Shown here: positions 1-9,698 of the stretch, piece after piece | Position numbering within the stretch: the stretch's first letter is position 1 | Layout of the letters: each line of letters starts with the position of its first letter | Origin: an uncultured Rhodobacteraceae bacterium | GTDB lineage: Bacteria; Pseudomonadota; Alphaproteobacteria; Rhodobacterales; Rhodobacteraceae | DNA: 64,000 bases | Assembly (NCBI GenBank): GCA_947495295.1 | Contig: CANLYJ010000004.1 | Coordinates: forward strand, 198,841 to 262,840 | Direction of reading: 5' to 3' | Made by a program: the position numbers and the translations under genes | Notes under the pieces: generated by a model | The model's database searches: none | Seen by the model: only the letters and a program-made list of their open reading frames with translations | Told to the model about the DNA's origin: nothing

Positions 1-920
1 CCGGGATCAATTTTCTGGATAGTGCTGAAATGTATCCCGTGAACCCGATCCGGGCTGAGACGGTTGGTCTGTCTGAACAGGTGATTGGCAACTGGATCGC
101 CAAGACCGGGCGCCGTGATGATGTGATCATCGCGACCAAAGTGTCAGGCAATAACCCTGGCTGGGTTCGTGACGGGCGCGGCTATGATGGCGCGGTGATC
201 CGTGAGGCGGTTGATAGCTCGCTCAAGCGTTTGCAGACCGATGTGATCGACCTTTATCAGATGCATTGGCCGATACGGGGGTCCTATATGTTCCGGCAGA
301 ATTGGACTTATGACCCGTCTGGGCAGAACCGCCAGCAGACCATGGATCATATGGTGGATGTGCTTGAGGCATTGGGCGAGGCCGTGAAGGCCGGAAAGAT
401 CCGTGCCATTGGCATGTCCAACGAAAGCGCTTGGGGTATGACAAAGTGGATTGATCAGGCCGAGGCTGCGGGTCTGCCCCGTATGGCGTCTGTGCAGAAT
501 GAATACTCGCTGCTTTGCCGTCTTTATGACACCGACATGGCCGAGATGGCGGTGAATGAGGATGTGACCTTGCTGTCATTCTCTCCGCTGGCTTGTGGTT
601 TGCTGACGGGCAAGTATCAGGGCAACACCGTTCCTGATGGGAGCCGCATGTCGATCAATGCCGATCTGGGTGGCCGGATGAACGACAGGGTGTTGCCGAT
701 CACGCAGCGCTATCTTGATCTGGCGGCCCGGCATGGGTTGGACCCGGTGCATATGGCGTTGGCTTGGCAGCGGACCCGGCCCTTTCCGGTTTCGGCAATT
801 TTCGGGGCAACCAGTTCGGACCAGCTGACCCGTATTCTGAAAGGCAAAGATGTGGTCCTGTCTGATGATGTCGCTGCCGAAATCGACGCCCTGCATAAGG
901 CGCACCCGATGCCCTACTGA
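1..920 (+). CDS. NADP(H)-dependent aldo/keto reductase (Tas-like), 5' end cut by window edge
   Basis: ORF 30..920 stays open in frame back to nt 3 (GINFLDSAEMYPV...), which matches an internal AKR/Tas segment. Family members are about 345 aa, so the N-terminus lies outside the window. Confidence 0.8.
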   Translation, partial: GINFLDSAEMYPVNPIRAETVGLSEQVIGNWIAKTGRRDDVIIATKVSGNNPGWVRDGRGYDGAVIREAVDSSLKRLQTDVIDLYQMHWPIRGSYMFRQNWTYDPSGQNRQQTMDHMVDVLEALGEAVKAGKIRAIGMSNESAWGMTKWIDQAEAAGLPRMASVQNEYSLLCRLYDTDMAEMAVNEDVTLLSFSPLACGLLTGKYQGNTVPDGSRMSINADLGGRMNDRVLPITQRYLDLAARHGLDPVHMALAWQRTRPFPVSAIFGATSSDQLTRILKGKDVVLSDDVAAEIDALHKAHPMPY

Positions 921-921
921 C

Positions 922-947
922 GTAAGATGGGTTTAAACCCATCTTAC
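922..947. repeat. Perfect palindromic hairpin GTAAGATGGGTTTAAACCCATCTTAC between convergent genes
   Basis: Read directly. Related copies occur at 15374-15395, 15426-15451 and 29530-29555. It sits between the AKR stop (920) and the GNAT stop (944), so it may act as a bidirectional terminator or REP-like element. Confidence 0.8.
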
Positions 948-1447
948 CGGGCGCTGTCCTCAGCAATCTCAATCCAGAACCGTGGCCCGGCATCTGTTAT
1001 TTCTTCCAGCCCCATGGCGCGGTAGGCGGCCTGGGCGGTCATGTTGTTGGGTGCCGTGCCAATGGTGACCCCCTTCGCACCCGACGCACCGGCATGTGCC
1101 TTGACCGCCGCGATCAAGGCCCGCCCGACACCCTTTGCGCGGTGCTGTTGGCAAACATAAAGATGCTGAATGTCGAACATCGGTTGGGCCGCATGGATCT
1201 TGATTTTTCGTTGTACCCCGGCGTAACCGATGATTGTGTCACCGTCGCGGGCCAGGAAAGCCAGTGCAGGGGCCGCTTCACCACAGAAGATGGTCTGCAA
1301 CTGTTCAAGAGTGACCTCTGCTGTGTCATTGTGGAACGCTGATAATTCACGGATCAATTGCTGGACGCGCGGTAGATCCCGCGGTGTGGCCAGGCTGATG
1401 GAACAATGTGTCATGTCGTTTCCTTTGGTGCGATCCCACAAGAACAC
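944..1447 (-). CDS. GNAT family N-acetyltransferase
   Basis: 167 aa with the acetyl-CoA binding motif QQHRAKGVGRALI (Q/R-x-x-G-x-G/A) and typical GNAT length. Confidence 0.8.
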   Translation of the reverse strand: MFLWDRTKGNDMTHCSISLATPRDLPRVQQLIRELSAFHNDTAEVTLEQLQTIFCGEAAPALAFLARDGDTIIGYAGVQRKIKIHAAQPMFDIQHLYVCQQHRAKGVGRALIAAVKAHAGASGAKGVTIGTAPNNMTAQAAYRAMGLEEITDAGPRFWIEIAEDSAR

Positions 1448-1670
1448 GCATCATCATCCGGCCCTTGCGGGCGGTTGGTGTCGTCAGATGTCAGAAAGAA
1501 ACCCAGCCGCCGCTATATGGCGCTGGTAAAATAGACGGCTGCGATATGTGTCAGGTCTGTCATGCCACTGACCTGCCAGACCCGCTGCAGCCCTGTCAAG
1601 TATTGCCGCTTGTGTGCCGGGCAGATTTCGGGGAATGTCGCGGAAAATACTGGCAAAAGGGAGAGTGCCG

Positions 1671-2579
1671 ATGCCGTTGGAGATGAACCGCGAGGTGTTT
1701 ATCACCTGTGCCGTAACCGGGTCCGGGTCCACCCAGGATCGCAGCCCGCATGTCCCCCGTTCGCCGCAGCAAATTGCCGATAGCGCCATTGACGCCGCCA
1801 AGGCCGGGGCCGCAGTCGTCCATTGCCATGTGCGTGATCCCGAAACTGGGGCGCCATCGCGCCGGTTGGAACTGTATCGTGAAGTCACCGACCGCATTCG
1901 CGCCGCAGATGTTGATGTGGTTCTGAACCTGACCGCGGGCATGGGCGGTGACATGGTTTTTGGTGGGGTAGAAGCCCCTTTGCCGACCGTGGATGGCACT
2001 GACATGGTGGGTGCCACGGAACGGGTGGCCCATGTCGCCGCATGCCGCCCCGAGATTTGCACGCTGGATTGTGGCACGATGAATTTCGCCGAAGCCGATT
2101 ATGTCATGACCAACACTCCCGGCATGTTGACAGCCATGGGTCGCATGATGACCGAACTTGGGGTGAAGCCAGAGATTGAGGCATTTGACACCGGCCATCT
2201 TTGGTATGCCAAACAGCTGGTCAAGGATGGCGTGCTGGACAGCCCCGCGCTGGTGCAGCTGTGCATGGGTGTGCCGTGGGGCGCGCCCGATGACCTGAAT
2301 ACGTTTATGGCGATGGTCAATAATGTGCCCGATGACTGGACATTCTCGGCCTTTGGGCTGGGCCGGTCGCAGATGCCTTATGTGGCGGCGTCAGTGCTGG
2401 CCGGGGGCAATGTGCGGGTGGGTTTGGAAGATAACCTGATGTTGGACAAAGGTGTGTTGGCCACCAACGCGCAACTGGTGGAGCGCGCCGTTGGGATTGT
2501 CGAAAACCTTGGTGCCAAGGTGATTGGCCCCGGTCAGGTACGCGAAAAGCTGGATCTGATCAAGCAGACCCCTGTATGA
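1671..2579 (+). CDS. BKACE family (3-keto-5-aminohexanoate cleavage-like) enzyme, probable dehydrocarnitine cleavage enzyme
   Basis: DUF849/BKACE-like N-terminus FITCAVTGSG and conserved His/Glu-rich core. ATG at 1671 is preceded by AAGGGAGAG. It lies in the same cluster as the carnitine dehydrogenase. Confidence 0.75.
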   Translation: MPLEMNREVFITCAVTGSGSTQDRSPHVPRSPQQIADSAIDAAKAGAAVVHCHVRDPETGAPSRRLELYREVTDRIRAADVDVVLNLTAGMGGDMVFGGVEAPLPTVDGTDMVGATERVAHVAACRPEICTLDCGTMNFAEADYVMTNTPGMLTAMGRMMTELGVKPEIEAFDTGHLWYAKQLVKDGVLDSPALVQLCMGVPWGAPDDLNTFMAMVNNVPDDWTFSAFGLGRSQMPYVAASVLAGGNVRVGLEDNLMLDKGVLATNAQLVERAVGIVENLGAKVIGPGQVREKLDLIKQTPV

Positions 2580-3109
2580 GGGCGCTTGTCCTGAGCCTGC
2601 TGCTTGCCGGCTGTGCGACGGCTGATAGCGGCGGGTTCTTTGCGGTTTATCGTGACACGGACGTACCGATTTCATCCAAGGCGGTTTTTGAGCCGGAGCG
2701 TTATCTGGGCACCTGGTACGAGGTTGCCCGCTATCCGGTGCCGTTCGAGGCGGGCTGTGTTGGTGTCACTGCCACATATGGATTGCGTGAGGATGGGCTT
2801 TTGTCCGTACTCAATATCTGCCGCAACGCCGATGGCAGTGAAAAATCCCGGATCGCTGGCACAGCAGAGATTGTTGGCCCTGGTCGGCTAAAGGTCCGTT
2901 TTGACAATGTGCCATTTGTTGCGGCGGATTATTGGGTCTTGTGGACAGATGATGACTATCGCACCGCTGTCGTGGGTGCGCCGAATGGTCGATCCGGCTG
3001 GATTTTAAACCGGACGCCGGATATCCGGGCGGACAAGTTTGACGCTGCGCGTGATATTTTGCAATTCAACGGCTATGATCTGAGCCGACTGATGGAGGTT
3101 ACCCAATGA
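2576..3109 (+). CDS. blc: Bacterial lipocalin (Blc-like) outer-membrane lipoprotein
   Basis: Lipobox LLLAGC, lipocalin signature YLGTWYEVARYP, and WILNRTP near the C-terminus. ATGA overlap with the upstream stop. Confidence 0.85.
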   Translation: MRALVLSLLLAGCATADSGGFFAVYRDTDVPISSKAVFEPERYLGTWYEVARYPVPFEAGCVGVTATYGLREDGLLSVLNICRNADGSEKSRIAGTAEIVGPGRLKVRFDNVPFVAADYWVLWTDDDYRTAVVGAPNGRSGWILNRTPDIRADKFDAARDILQFNGYDLSRLMEVTQ

Positions 3110-3366
3110 AACGATTTGCCTTGGGCGCAGTGATGCTGCTGGCCGCTTGCGAAGGTGGTGCTGGTTTTGGCGGCGGCGGTGCCGCGAGCACGGTGCGTGA
3201 GTTCATGGTGATCGGCAATCGGATGACGTTTGAGCAATGCCGGGCGCGCGGCGGGCTGATCATTCGTGATGCGAATACGGCGATGATTGCCTGCGACCCG
3301 TCGGTGCGTGGTGAACCGCAACCGGTGGATGAATTCAACAATCCTGCATCCAATCCTGCGGGCTGA
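3106..3366 (+). CDS. Small hypothetical lipoprotein
   Basis: 86 aa with signal peptide and lipobox MLLAACEGG followed by a Gly-rich linker. ATGA overlap with blc. Confidence 0.55.
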   Translation: MKRFALGAVMLLAACEGGAGFGGGGAASTVREFMVIGNRMTFEQCRARGGLIIRDANTAMIACDPSVRGEPQPVDEFNNPASNPAG

Positions 3367-3372
3367 CCTGAC

Positions 3373-4830
3373 ATGACGCGCGCGATAGCGGCCATCGTTG
3401 GTGGTGGTGTAATTGGTGGTGGTTGGGCAGCCCGGTTTTTGTTGATGGGCTGGGATGTGCGGGTCTTTGATCCTGATCCCGAGGCAGAGCGCAAGATCGG
3501 CGAGGTGATTGCCAATGCATGCCGGTCATTGCCGGGTCTGTCCGATGTGGCACTGCCTGCGGAAGGCAGCCTAAGCTTTCATGACACGATGTCTGATGCT
3601 GTTATCGGCGCAGACTGGATACAGGAAAGTGTTCCCGAACGGTTGGACCTGAAGCGTAAGGTCTATCAGACATTGCAGGAACACTGTGACCCGGCGGCGG
3701 TGATTGCATCCTCGACCAGCGGGTTCAAACCGTCTCAATTGCAGGGCTGTGCCACCCGTCCGGGGCAGATTGTCGTCGCCCATCCGTTCAATCCCGTTTA
3801 TCTGTTGCCGTTAGTGGAGTTGGTGCCCACAGCGGACAATGACGCGGAATTTCTCGAAAAAGCGAAAGGGATTCTAACTGCCATCGGCATGTACCCCCTG
3901 CATGTCCGGGCTGAGATTGACGCCCATATCGCCGACCGGTTCCTAGAGGCAGTTTGGCGTGAGGCCTTGTGGCTGATCAAGGATGGTATCGCCACGACCG
4001 AGGAAATCGACAATGCGATCCGCTATGGCTTTGGTCTGCGCTGGGCCCAGATGGGTCTGTTTGAAACCTACCGCATTGCGGGCGGCGAGGCGGGCATGCG
4101 CCATTTCATCGAACAGTTTGGCCCCTGCCTGGAATGGCCTTGGACCAAGCTGATGGATGTCCCGGAGCTGACGGATGAATTGATCGACAAGGTCGCTGAT
4201 CAATCCGATGACCAGTCAGGGCAATACAGCATTCGCGCGCTGGAACGTGCGCGTGACAATAACCTTGTGACCATTTTGCGTGGCCTGAAAGCGCAGGATT
4301 GGGGGGCTGGTGCCTTGTTGAATGCGCAGGATCACCGCTTGGCTGGTCCCGTTACGCTGCCCGATGACTTGGGCGCGCCGATTGTGACCGTGGAACGCGC
4401 GGTGCCGCTTGATTGGACCGATTACAACGGCCACATGAACGAGGCGAAATATCTGCAAGCCTTTGGCGACGCGACAGATCGATTGATGTGGTTGGTGGGT
4501 TGCGATGCCGATTACATCGCAAGCGGGTCCAGCTATTTCACGGCAGAAACCCATATTCGTCATCTTGATGAGGTACATGCCGGTGCCGTGATCCGCGTTG
4601 AAACCCAGGTGTTGCGCGGTGAAGGTAAGAAGCTTCATCTGTTCCATCGGATGTTCGAAGGGGATCGCGAATTGGCGACGGGTGAACATTTCCTGCTGCA
4701 TGTCAGCTTAGAAACCCGCAAGGCCTGTGATCCTGATGACCGGGTTGCGGTTCCATTGGCAAAGGTTGCGACCGCCCATGCAGCACTGCCCCGCCCGGAC
4801 GGGGCCGGTGCGGCGGTGGGGGTGCGTTGA
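3373..4830 (+). CDS. L-carnitine dehydrogenase fused to a 4HBT-type (betainyl-CoA) thioesterase
   Basis: N-terminal Rossmann motif VGGGVIGGGWAARFLLMGWDVRVFDP typical of carnitine/3-hydroxyacyl-CoA dehydrogenases. The C-terminal ~140 aa is hotdog thioesterase-like (YNGHMNEAKYLQAFGDATD). Confidence 0.75.
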   Translation: MTRAIAAIVGGGVIGGGWAARFLLMGWDVRVFDPDPEAERKIGEVIANACRSLPGLSDVALPAEGSLSFHDTMSDAVIGADWIQESVPERLDLKRKVYQTLQEHCDPAAVIASSTSGFKPSQLQGCATRPGQIVVAHPFNPVYLLPLVELVPTADNDAEFLEKAKGILTAIGMYPLHVRAEIDAHIADRFLEAVWREALWLIKDGIATTEEIDNAIRYGFGLRWAQMGLFETYRIAGGEAGMRHFIEQFGPCLEWPWTKLMDVPELTDELIDKVADQSDDQSGQYSIRALERARDNNLVTILRGLKAQDWGAGALLNAQDHRLAGPVTLPDDLGAPIVTVERAVPLDWTDYNGHMNEAKYLQAFGDATDRLMWLVGCDADYIASGSSYFTAETHIRHLDEVHAGAVIRVETQVLRGEGKKLHLFHRMFEGDRELATGEHFLLHVSLETRKACDPDDRVAVPLAKVATAHAALPRPDGAGAAVGVR

Positions 4831-5570
4831 GCCGGGTTTTGATCACGGCTGGTGCCTCTGGCATTGGCCGGGCCATGGCAGAGGCCTTTCATGCCGCAGG
4901 CCATCAGGTTTGGACCACCGATATCGTGGCAGACGACGCCCCTTGGCGCAGCAGTCAGGCGGATGCGTCCGATGAGGTGCAGGTTTCAGCGGTTTTTGCC
5001 GATATCGCGCAGGTCTGGGATGGTGTTGACGTCGTTTGCGCCAATGCAGGCATTGCGGGGCCGACAGCGCGGGTCGAGGAGGTAGAACTGACCGATTGGC
5101 AAAAATGCGTGTCGGTTAACCTGGAAGGCGCGTTTCTTGCGGCCAAACACGCTGCCCCCTTGCTCAAGGCGCAGGGCAGTGGCGCGCTGATTTTCACATC
5201 CTCGACCGCCGGCATCTATGGCTATCCCAACCGCGCGCCCTATGCGGCGGCGAAATGGGGGATCATCGGGCTGATGAAGACGTTGGCAATGGAATTGGGC
5301 CCATTTGGTATTCGGGCGAACGCGATTTGCCCAGGCGCGGTCGAAGGACCACGGATGGATGGTGTTCTGGAACGCGAAGCAGCGGCCAAGGGTATGACCC
5401 GCGATCAGGTCTATGCAGGCTACGCGGCGGGCACATCGATGCGGAGTTTTGTGACGGCGCAGGATATTGCGGATATGGCTGTGTTTCTGGGATCAGATGC
5501 GGCAGGCCGCGTGTCGGGTCAGGTGATCGCGGTAGATGGGCATACCGAAAACCCTGACCCGAAGCCTTGA
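4827..5570 (+). CDS. SDR family oxidoreductase
   Basis: TAGASGIGRA cofactor motif, catalytic Y-x-x-x-K (YAAAKWG), 247 aa. TTG start overlaps the upstream TGA. Confidence 0.85.
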   Translation: MSRVLITAGASGIGRAMAEAFHAAGHQVWTTDIVADDAPWRSSQADASDEVQVSAVFADIAQVWDGVDVVCANAGIAGPTARVEEVELTDWQKCVSVNLEGAFLAAKHAAPLLKAQGSGALIFTSSTAGIYGYPNRAPYAAAKWGIIGLMKTLAMELGPFGIRANAICPGAVEGPRMDGVLEREAAAKGMTRDQVYAGYAAGTSMRSFVTAQDIADMAVFLGSDAAGRVSGQVIAVDGHTENPDPKP

Positions 5571-5591
5571 GTATCGCTGTGGTGTTGCCGG

Positions 5592-6233
5592 TCAGTTTTT
5601 CGTGGCAAGGATCGCGACAAACTCGTCATCGGTATTGTTGAATGCTTCGGAAATGAATGCCTCGCCATTATCGCCAGCAAAACCGGCAATACCACCGATG
5701 TCGATACTGACGACAGATTGGTCGGTTGGGGTCAAAGATCCAGTTATCTGGCCTGCGTATTCGTTCACCCCTGCAGACACTTGATCGAATTCATATGTCA
5801 AAGAACCACTGATGCGTGTCCCTGTTTCACCATCCAAACTCTCTGCGTTCGGATCATCGATCTGAAAGAAGTTATCGGCTGTACCTGCGATTTTTTGATT
5901 GTCAAAATTGGCGACTAAGGTTGCGGAGCCAACGGCAAGAAAGGTAAAGTCCACGTCCCCCATCCCATCGTCTTCACCTGATCCCACGACAGCTGCACCA
6001 GTGTAGTTCACTAAACCCGACGTTGGAAGATCTGCAAAATTCGTGGGTTCTGCATCGTCCAAATTCGGGGTGCCAATGGCCGCTTGGAATGTTTCGAATC
6101 GCGCCTGAAGCTCAGAGAGCGTGACATCGTCAGCGATATTGCTCGTGACATCGGCTGATGACCCGGAGCCCGAGCCGCCGCAGGCAGTCACGAGTGAAAA
6201 AGCCGCGCAAGTGATGGTGAGTTTAGTTTTCAT
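5592..6233 (-). CDS. Surface/periplasmic lipoprotein with TbpB/HpuA-like C-terminal beta-barrel
   Basis: Lipobox LVTACGGSGSGS. The C-terminus GIAGFAGDNGEAFISEAFNN..FVAILATKN resembles the G-x-F-x-G..A.E..G.F...FGA.K ending of transferrin-binding-protein-like barrels. Confidence 0.5.
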   Translation of the reverse strand: MKTKLTITCAAFSLVTACGGSGSGSSADVTSNIADDVTLSELQARFETFQAAIGTPNLDDAEPTNFADLPTSGLVNYTGAAVVGSGEDDGMGDVDFTFLAVGSATLVANFDNQKIAGTADNFFQIDDPNAESLDGETGTRISGSLTYEFDQVSAGVNEYAGQITGSLTPTDQSVVSIDIGGIAGFAGDNGEAFISEAFNNTDDEFVAILATKN

Positions 6234-6406
6234 GCATTTTTACCTTCGGTAGATCGCAGTGAAGTCTATTTGACTTGTCGTTACGGGTTACGCGGCAAAG
6301 TTGCGATGAATGCGACATAAATTTGTCTGAAATGATGCAGTGGCTGAAATACATCGAAAGGTGTTCATGCCTCGCCTTTCAGTGATTTCAGGTGCATAGC
6401 GGGCGC

Positions 6407-7309
6407 ATGGAAGTTTGGATTCTAATCACGCTGGGCGCGGCTTTTGCGCAAACCCTGCGCTTCATGCTGCAAAAGCATTTGAAGACGACGCGGCTTTCGA
6501 CGGCGGGGGCCACCTTTGCACGGTTCATCTATTCCGCGCCTTTGGTCGCCGTGATCGCAACGATCTATGCCAGTGCGAGCGGGCAGGGCGCACCTGATAT
6601 TCCGGCGTCTTTCTGGCCTTACATGCTGGCAGGAGGGACGTCGCAGATCCTGGCGACGATGTGTGTCGTTGCCCTGTTCGCGCATCGCAATTTTGCAGTC
6701 GGGATCACATTCAAGAAAACCGAAGTGCTTTTAAGCGCTGTGTTTGGGTTTTTGATCCTCGGCGATGTCTTTACCTGGCCTGCCATCATGGCGATTTGCA
6801 TTGGTTTTGCAGGTGTATTGCAGCTGGCTGACAACCCCGCTGGTGATGGCCCGTGGCGCAAGCGTATCTTTAACCGGGCCACTGCATTGGGGTTGGGGGC
6901 CGGTATCCTGTTCGGGATTTCCGGCAATGGCTATCGGGGCGCATCACTGTCGCTGGCGGATGGCGACGTATTCTATCGCGCCATCATTACCTTGGCCTGT
7001 GTCACCGCATTCCAGACCGTTGCAATGGCAGCTTGGCTGGTCTGGCGCGAGCGGGGGGAGATCACCCGCGTTTTGCGGGTCTGGCGGGTTGCCGGGCTGG
7101 TTGGCTTGACCAGCATGGCCGGATCGATCTGCTGGTTCACCGCGTTCACCTTGCAGAATGCGGCCTATGTGAACGCGGTTGGTCAGATTGAGCTCTTGTT
7201 TTCATTGATCATCGGGGCGTTTGTCTTTGGTGAAAAGGTCACTGCCCGTGAATGGCAGGGCTTGTTGTTGTTGACGGGCAGCATCGTGATGCTGGTGCTT
7301 GTGACCTAG
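6407..7309 (+). CDS. DMT/EamA family transporter
   Basis: About 300 aa with 10 predicted hydrophobic helices in two EamA-like halves. ATG at 6407 (the track ORF starts at GTG 6392). Confidence 0.75.
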   Translation: MEVWILITLGAAFAQTLRFMLQKHLKTTRLSTAGATFARFIYSAPLVAVIATIYASASGQGAPDIPASFWPYMLAGGTSQILATMCVVALFAHRNFAVGITFKKTEVLLSAVFGFLILGDVFTWPAIMAICIGFAGVLQLADNPAGDGPWRKRIFNRATALGLGAGILFGISGNGYRGASLSLADGDVFYRAIITLACVTAFQTVAMAAWLVWRERGEITRVLRVWRVAGLVGLTSMAGSICWFTAFTLQNAAYVNAVGQIELLFSLIIGAFVFGEKVTAREWQGLLLLTGSIVMLVLVT

Positions 7310-7312
7310 ACC

Positions 7313-7990
7313 CTAAAGAAGCGGCCCACCGCCCAGACGGGCGATCAGATGCGCCTCATCATCATTGCGGAAAAACGGCACGCTGGAGGGTGGATCCTCG
7401 CGTTTGATGCGGGTGACGAGTTCGGCCAGCACCACCTCTGTGATGAAGGGCAGGTCGAAAGATCGGGCATCGGCCAAAGGCACCCATTGCAGATAGGCCA
7501 GCTCATCCTCGGCATTCGTAAAATCATCGGGGTCCGTCACCAGGTTGGTGGCGTGGGTCAGAAAGAACCGCGCGTCAAAGCGGCGTGGGCGGCCCTTGGG
7601 GGTCACGGCCCGAAAAAAGAATTCGAGCGCGGCCCCGTTGGGTTTGTTGCCAGTCCGGGCGAAGCCACGCCAACCACGCGGTGGATGGGTCCAAGCGCCG
7701 GGTGTTCCGATGATCTGGCCGGTTTCCTCCCACAATTCGCGAATGGCGGCGGCGATCAAGGTATCGGGGCTCAGGCTGCTTTCTTCGGTCAGACGGGCGC
7801 TGTTCAATTCATCTGCGGGGATGACGGGAACATGCGCGTCATTGTCATCGACCGCACCACCCGGAAACACGAACTTGCCCGGCATAAATGCGGCGTCACG
7901 GCCGCGCTGGCCCATCAGAACCGAGGGGTTTGTATTGGCATCCCGCAACACGATAATCGTGGCGGCATCGCGGATTTGGGTTTTGTCCAT
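7313..7990 (-). CDS. NUDIX hydrolase
   Basis: Nudix box GGAVDDND...IRELWEETG. Start placed at MDKTQ (7990) to avoid overlap with the upstream gene; the alternative start is 8032. Confidence 0.8.
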   Translation of the reverse strand: MDKTQIRDAATIIVLRDANTNPSVLMGQRGRDAAFMPGKFVFPGGAVDDNDAHVPVIPADELNSARLTEESSLSPDTLIAAAIRELWEETGQIIGTPGAWTHPPRGWRGFARTGNKPNGAALEFFFRAVTPKGRPRRFDARFFLTHATNLVTDPDDFTNAEDELAYLQWVPLADARSFDLPFITEVVLAELVTRIKREDPPSSVPFFRNDDEAHLIARLGGGPLL

Positions 7991-8009
7991 CTCTGTCCCT
8001 TTTTTGGGG

Positions 8010-8399
8010 TCAGACAGATTGCCCGAACCCATGCATACGCTTTGCCCATTGGATGCCCACGACCATCCCCTTCAGCCTTGGCAAAAGGTAAAGCGATAAG
8101 CCGACCGCGCCAATAGCCAAGATTGTGCCCATGACAAAAGGGTCAGGCCGGAACTGAACCCACATGAAATGCATGCCAAAGCCAAGGATATGTGCGACCA
8201 GCAGGATCGTCAGATAAGCCGGGCCATCATCCGCCCGGTGATGCAACAGTTCTTCCTGACAGACGGGGCAACGGTCGGCCACTTTCAAATACCCTTCGAA
8301 CATGGCGCCATCACCACAATTGGGGCAACGGCGGCGTAGCCCGTGCCAGATCGCTGGTTTCATGGGCCGTTCGGAAAGTTCTGTGTCTGCGTGGGACAT
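8010..8399 (-). CDS. DUF983 family membrane protein
   Basis: CPNCGDGAMF...CPVCQEEL zinc-ribbon followed by DDGPAYLTILLVAHI and TM helices, the typical DUF983 layout. Start at MSHADT (ATG 8399). Confidence 0.75.
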   Translation of the reverse strand: MSHADTELSERPMKPAIWHGLRRRCPNCGDGAMFEGYLKVADRCPVCQEELLHHRADDGPAYLTILLVAHILGFGMHFMWVQFRPDPFVMGTILAIGAVGLSLYLLPRLKGMVVGIQWAKRMHGFGQSV

Positions 8400-8589
8400 T
8401 TGTTTGCTCCGGCTTTGTTGCAACATCACATGGCGTATTAGGCGGGCTTTTGGAAGGGGCAGCGCCATCATGTGGCGCGATGTCACAAGTTTTTTGATCC
8501 GCTTGCGACGGAATTGCGCGGGCCACCCGTTCAAGAATGGTCAGCGACGCAGAATGTCGCGGCGTAACCGAGAAAAACAGGAAAATGAC

Positions 8590-9036
8590 ATGACAAAGAA
8601 AATCTTGATGGTGGTCTTGATGGCGGGCGGAACAATGGCGGCAGGTGCAGCCCAGGCTCAAGGTGGGGCTGATCGGCCCGACTTTGCGACGCTTGATGCA
8701 GATGGTGACGGTGCTGTGACCCAGCAGGAACTGACCGCACATCGCGACGCCCGTTTTGCCGAACGTGATACCAATGGTGATGGTGCGCTGTCAGTGGAAG
8801 AACTGGCAGCTGCGTCGGCCGGAAAAGCCGCAGAGCGCGCTGCCAAGATGCTGGAACAGCGCGACGCCAATGGTGACGGGCTTTTGCAGCGGGCAGAGCT
8901 TGAACCACGGACCGATCGGACAGAGCGGATGTTTGACCGCCTTGATGCAGATGATGACGGTGCGATCAGCGCCGAAGAGTTCGAGGCCATCAAGGAACGT
9001 CGCGGTCGTGGCCATGGTCGCCGTGGTCGCGGATGA
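8590..9036 (+). CDS. Secreted EF-hand calcium-binding protein
   Basis: Signal peptide MTKKILMVVLMAGGTMAAGAAQA. Four DxDxDG loops (DADGDGAVTQQE, DTNGDGALSVEE, DANGDGLLQRAE, DADDDGAISAEE). Confidence 0.85.
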   Translation: MTKKILMVVLMAGGTMAAGAAQAQGGADRPDFATLDADGDGAVTQQELTAHRDARFAERDTNGDGALSVEELAAASAGKAAERAAKMLEQRDANGDGLLQRAELEPRTDRTERMFDRLDADDDGAISAEEFEAIKERRGRGHGRRGRG

Positions 9037-9110
9037 CTGTCCTATCGGTGGGGGCTGTTTCTGTCCCTGCCGATTGCCTTGGCCGCATGGCCCGATTAGC
9101 AAGGCGATAG

Positions 9111-9698
9111 ATGAGCATTGCACCCGATCCAGATGCGACGATACCCGACGAGGTGTTGCTGGTGGCCTTTGCCAATGGTGATCAGCAGGCCGCGCGCCAG
9201 TTGGCATCCCGGCTATTGCCGCGCGTTCTGGCGCAGGCCACCCGTATGCTGTGTGATCGGACAGAGGCCGAAGATGTGGCACAGGATGCGATGATGCGCC
9301 TGTGGAAACTGGCCCCTGATTGGCGGCAGGGCGAGGCGCAGGTCAGCACATGGCTCTACCGGGTTGTGGCGAATCTGTGTACCGACCGGCTGCGAAAAAG
9401 GCGCGGTGGCGTTTCACTTGACCAGGTGGCTGAACCGGCTGATGACACACCAAGCGTAGGCGCGCAGATGCAGACAGCGGCCCGTATGCGTGCCTTGTCA
9501 GAAGGGTTGGCGCATCTGCCCGAGCGGCAGGCGCAGGCGGTTGCCTTGCGCCATCTGGAGGGGCTGTCCAACCCCGAGATTGCAGAGATTATGGACATCA
9601 GTGTGCGGTCGGTGGAAAGTCTGACCGCGCGTGGAAAACGGGCGCTTGCCGACATCATGGCGGGCCGCAAGGCAGAATTGGGGTATGAGGATGACTGA
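9111..9698 (+). CDS. ECF (sigma-70 family) RNA polymerase sigma factor
   Basis: Region 2 (DVAQDAMMRLW, WLYRVVANLCTDRLR) and region 4 HTH (NPEIAEIMDISVRSVESLTARGKRAL). Confidence 0.9.
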   Translation: MSIAPDPDATIPDEVLLVAFANGDQQAARQLASRLLPRVLAQATRMLCDRTEAEDVAQDAMMRLWKLAPDWRQGEAQVSTWLYRVVANLCTDRLRKRRGGVSLDQVAEPADDTPSVGAQMQTAARMRALSEGLAHLPERQAQAVALRHLEGLSNPEIAEIMDISVRSVESLTARGKRALADIMAGRKAELGYEDD

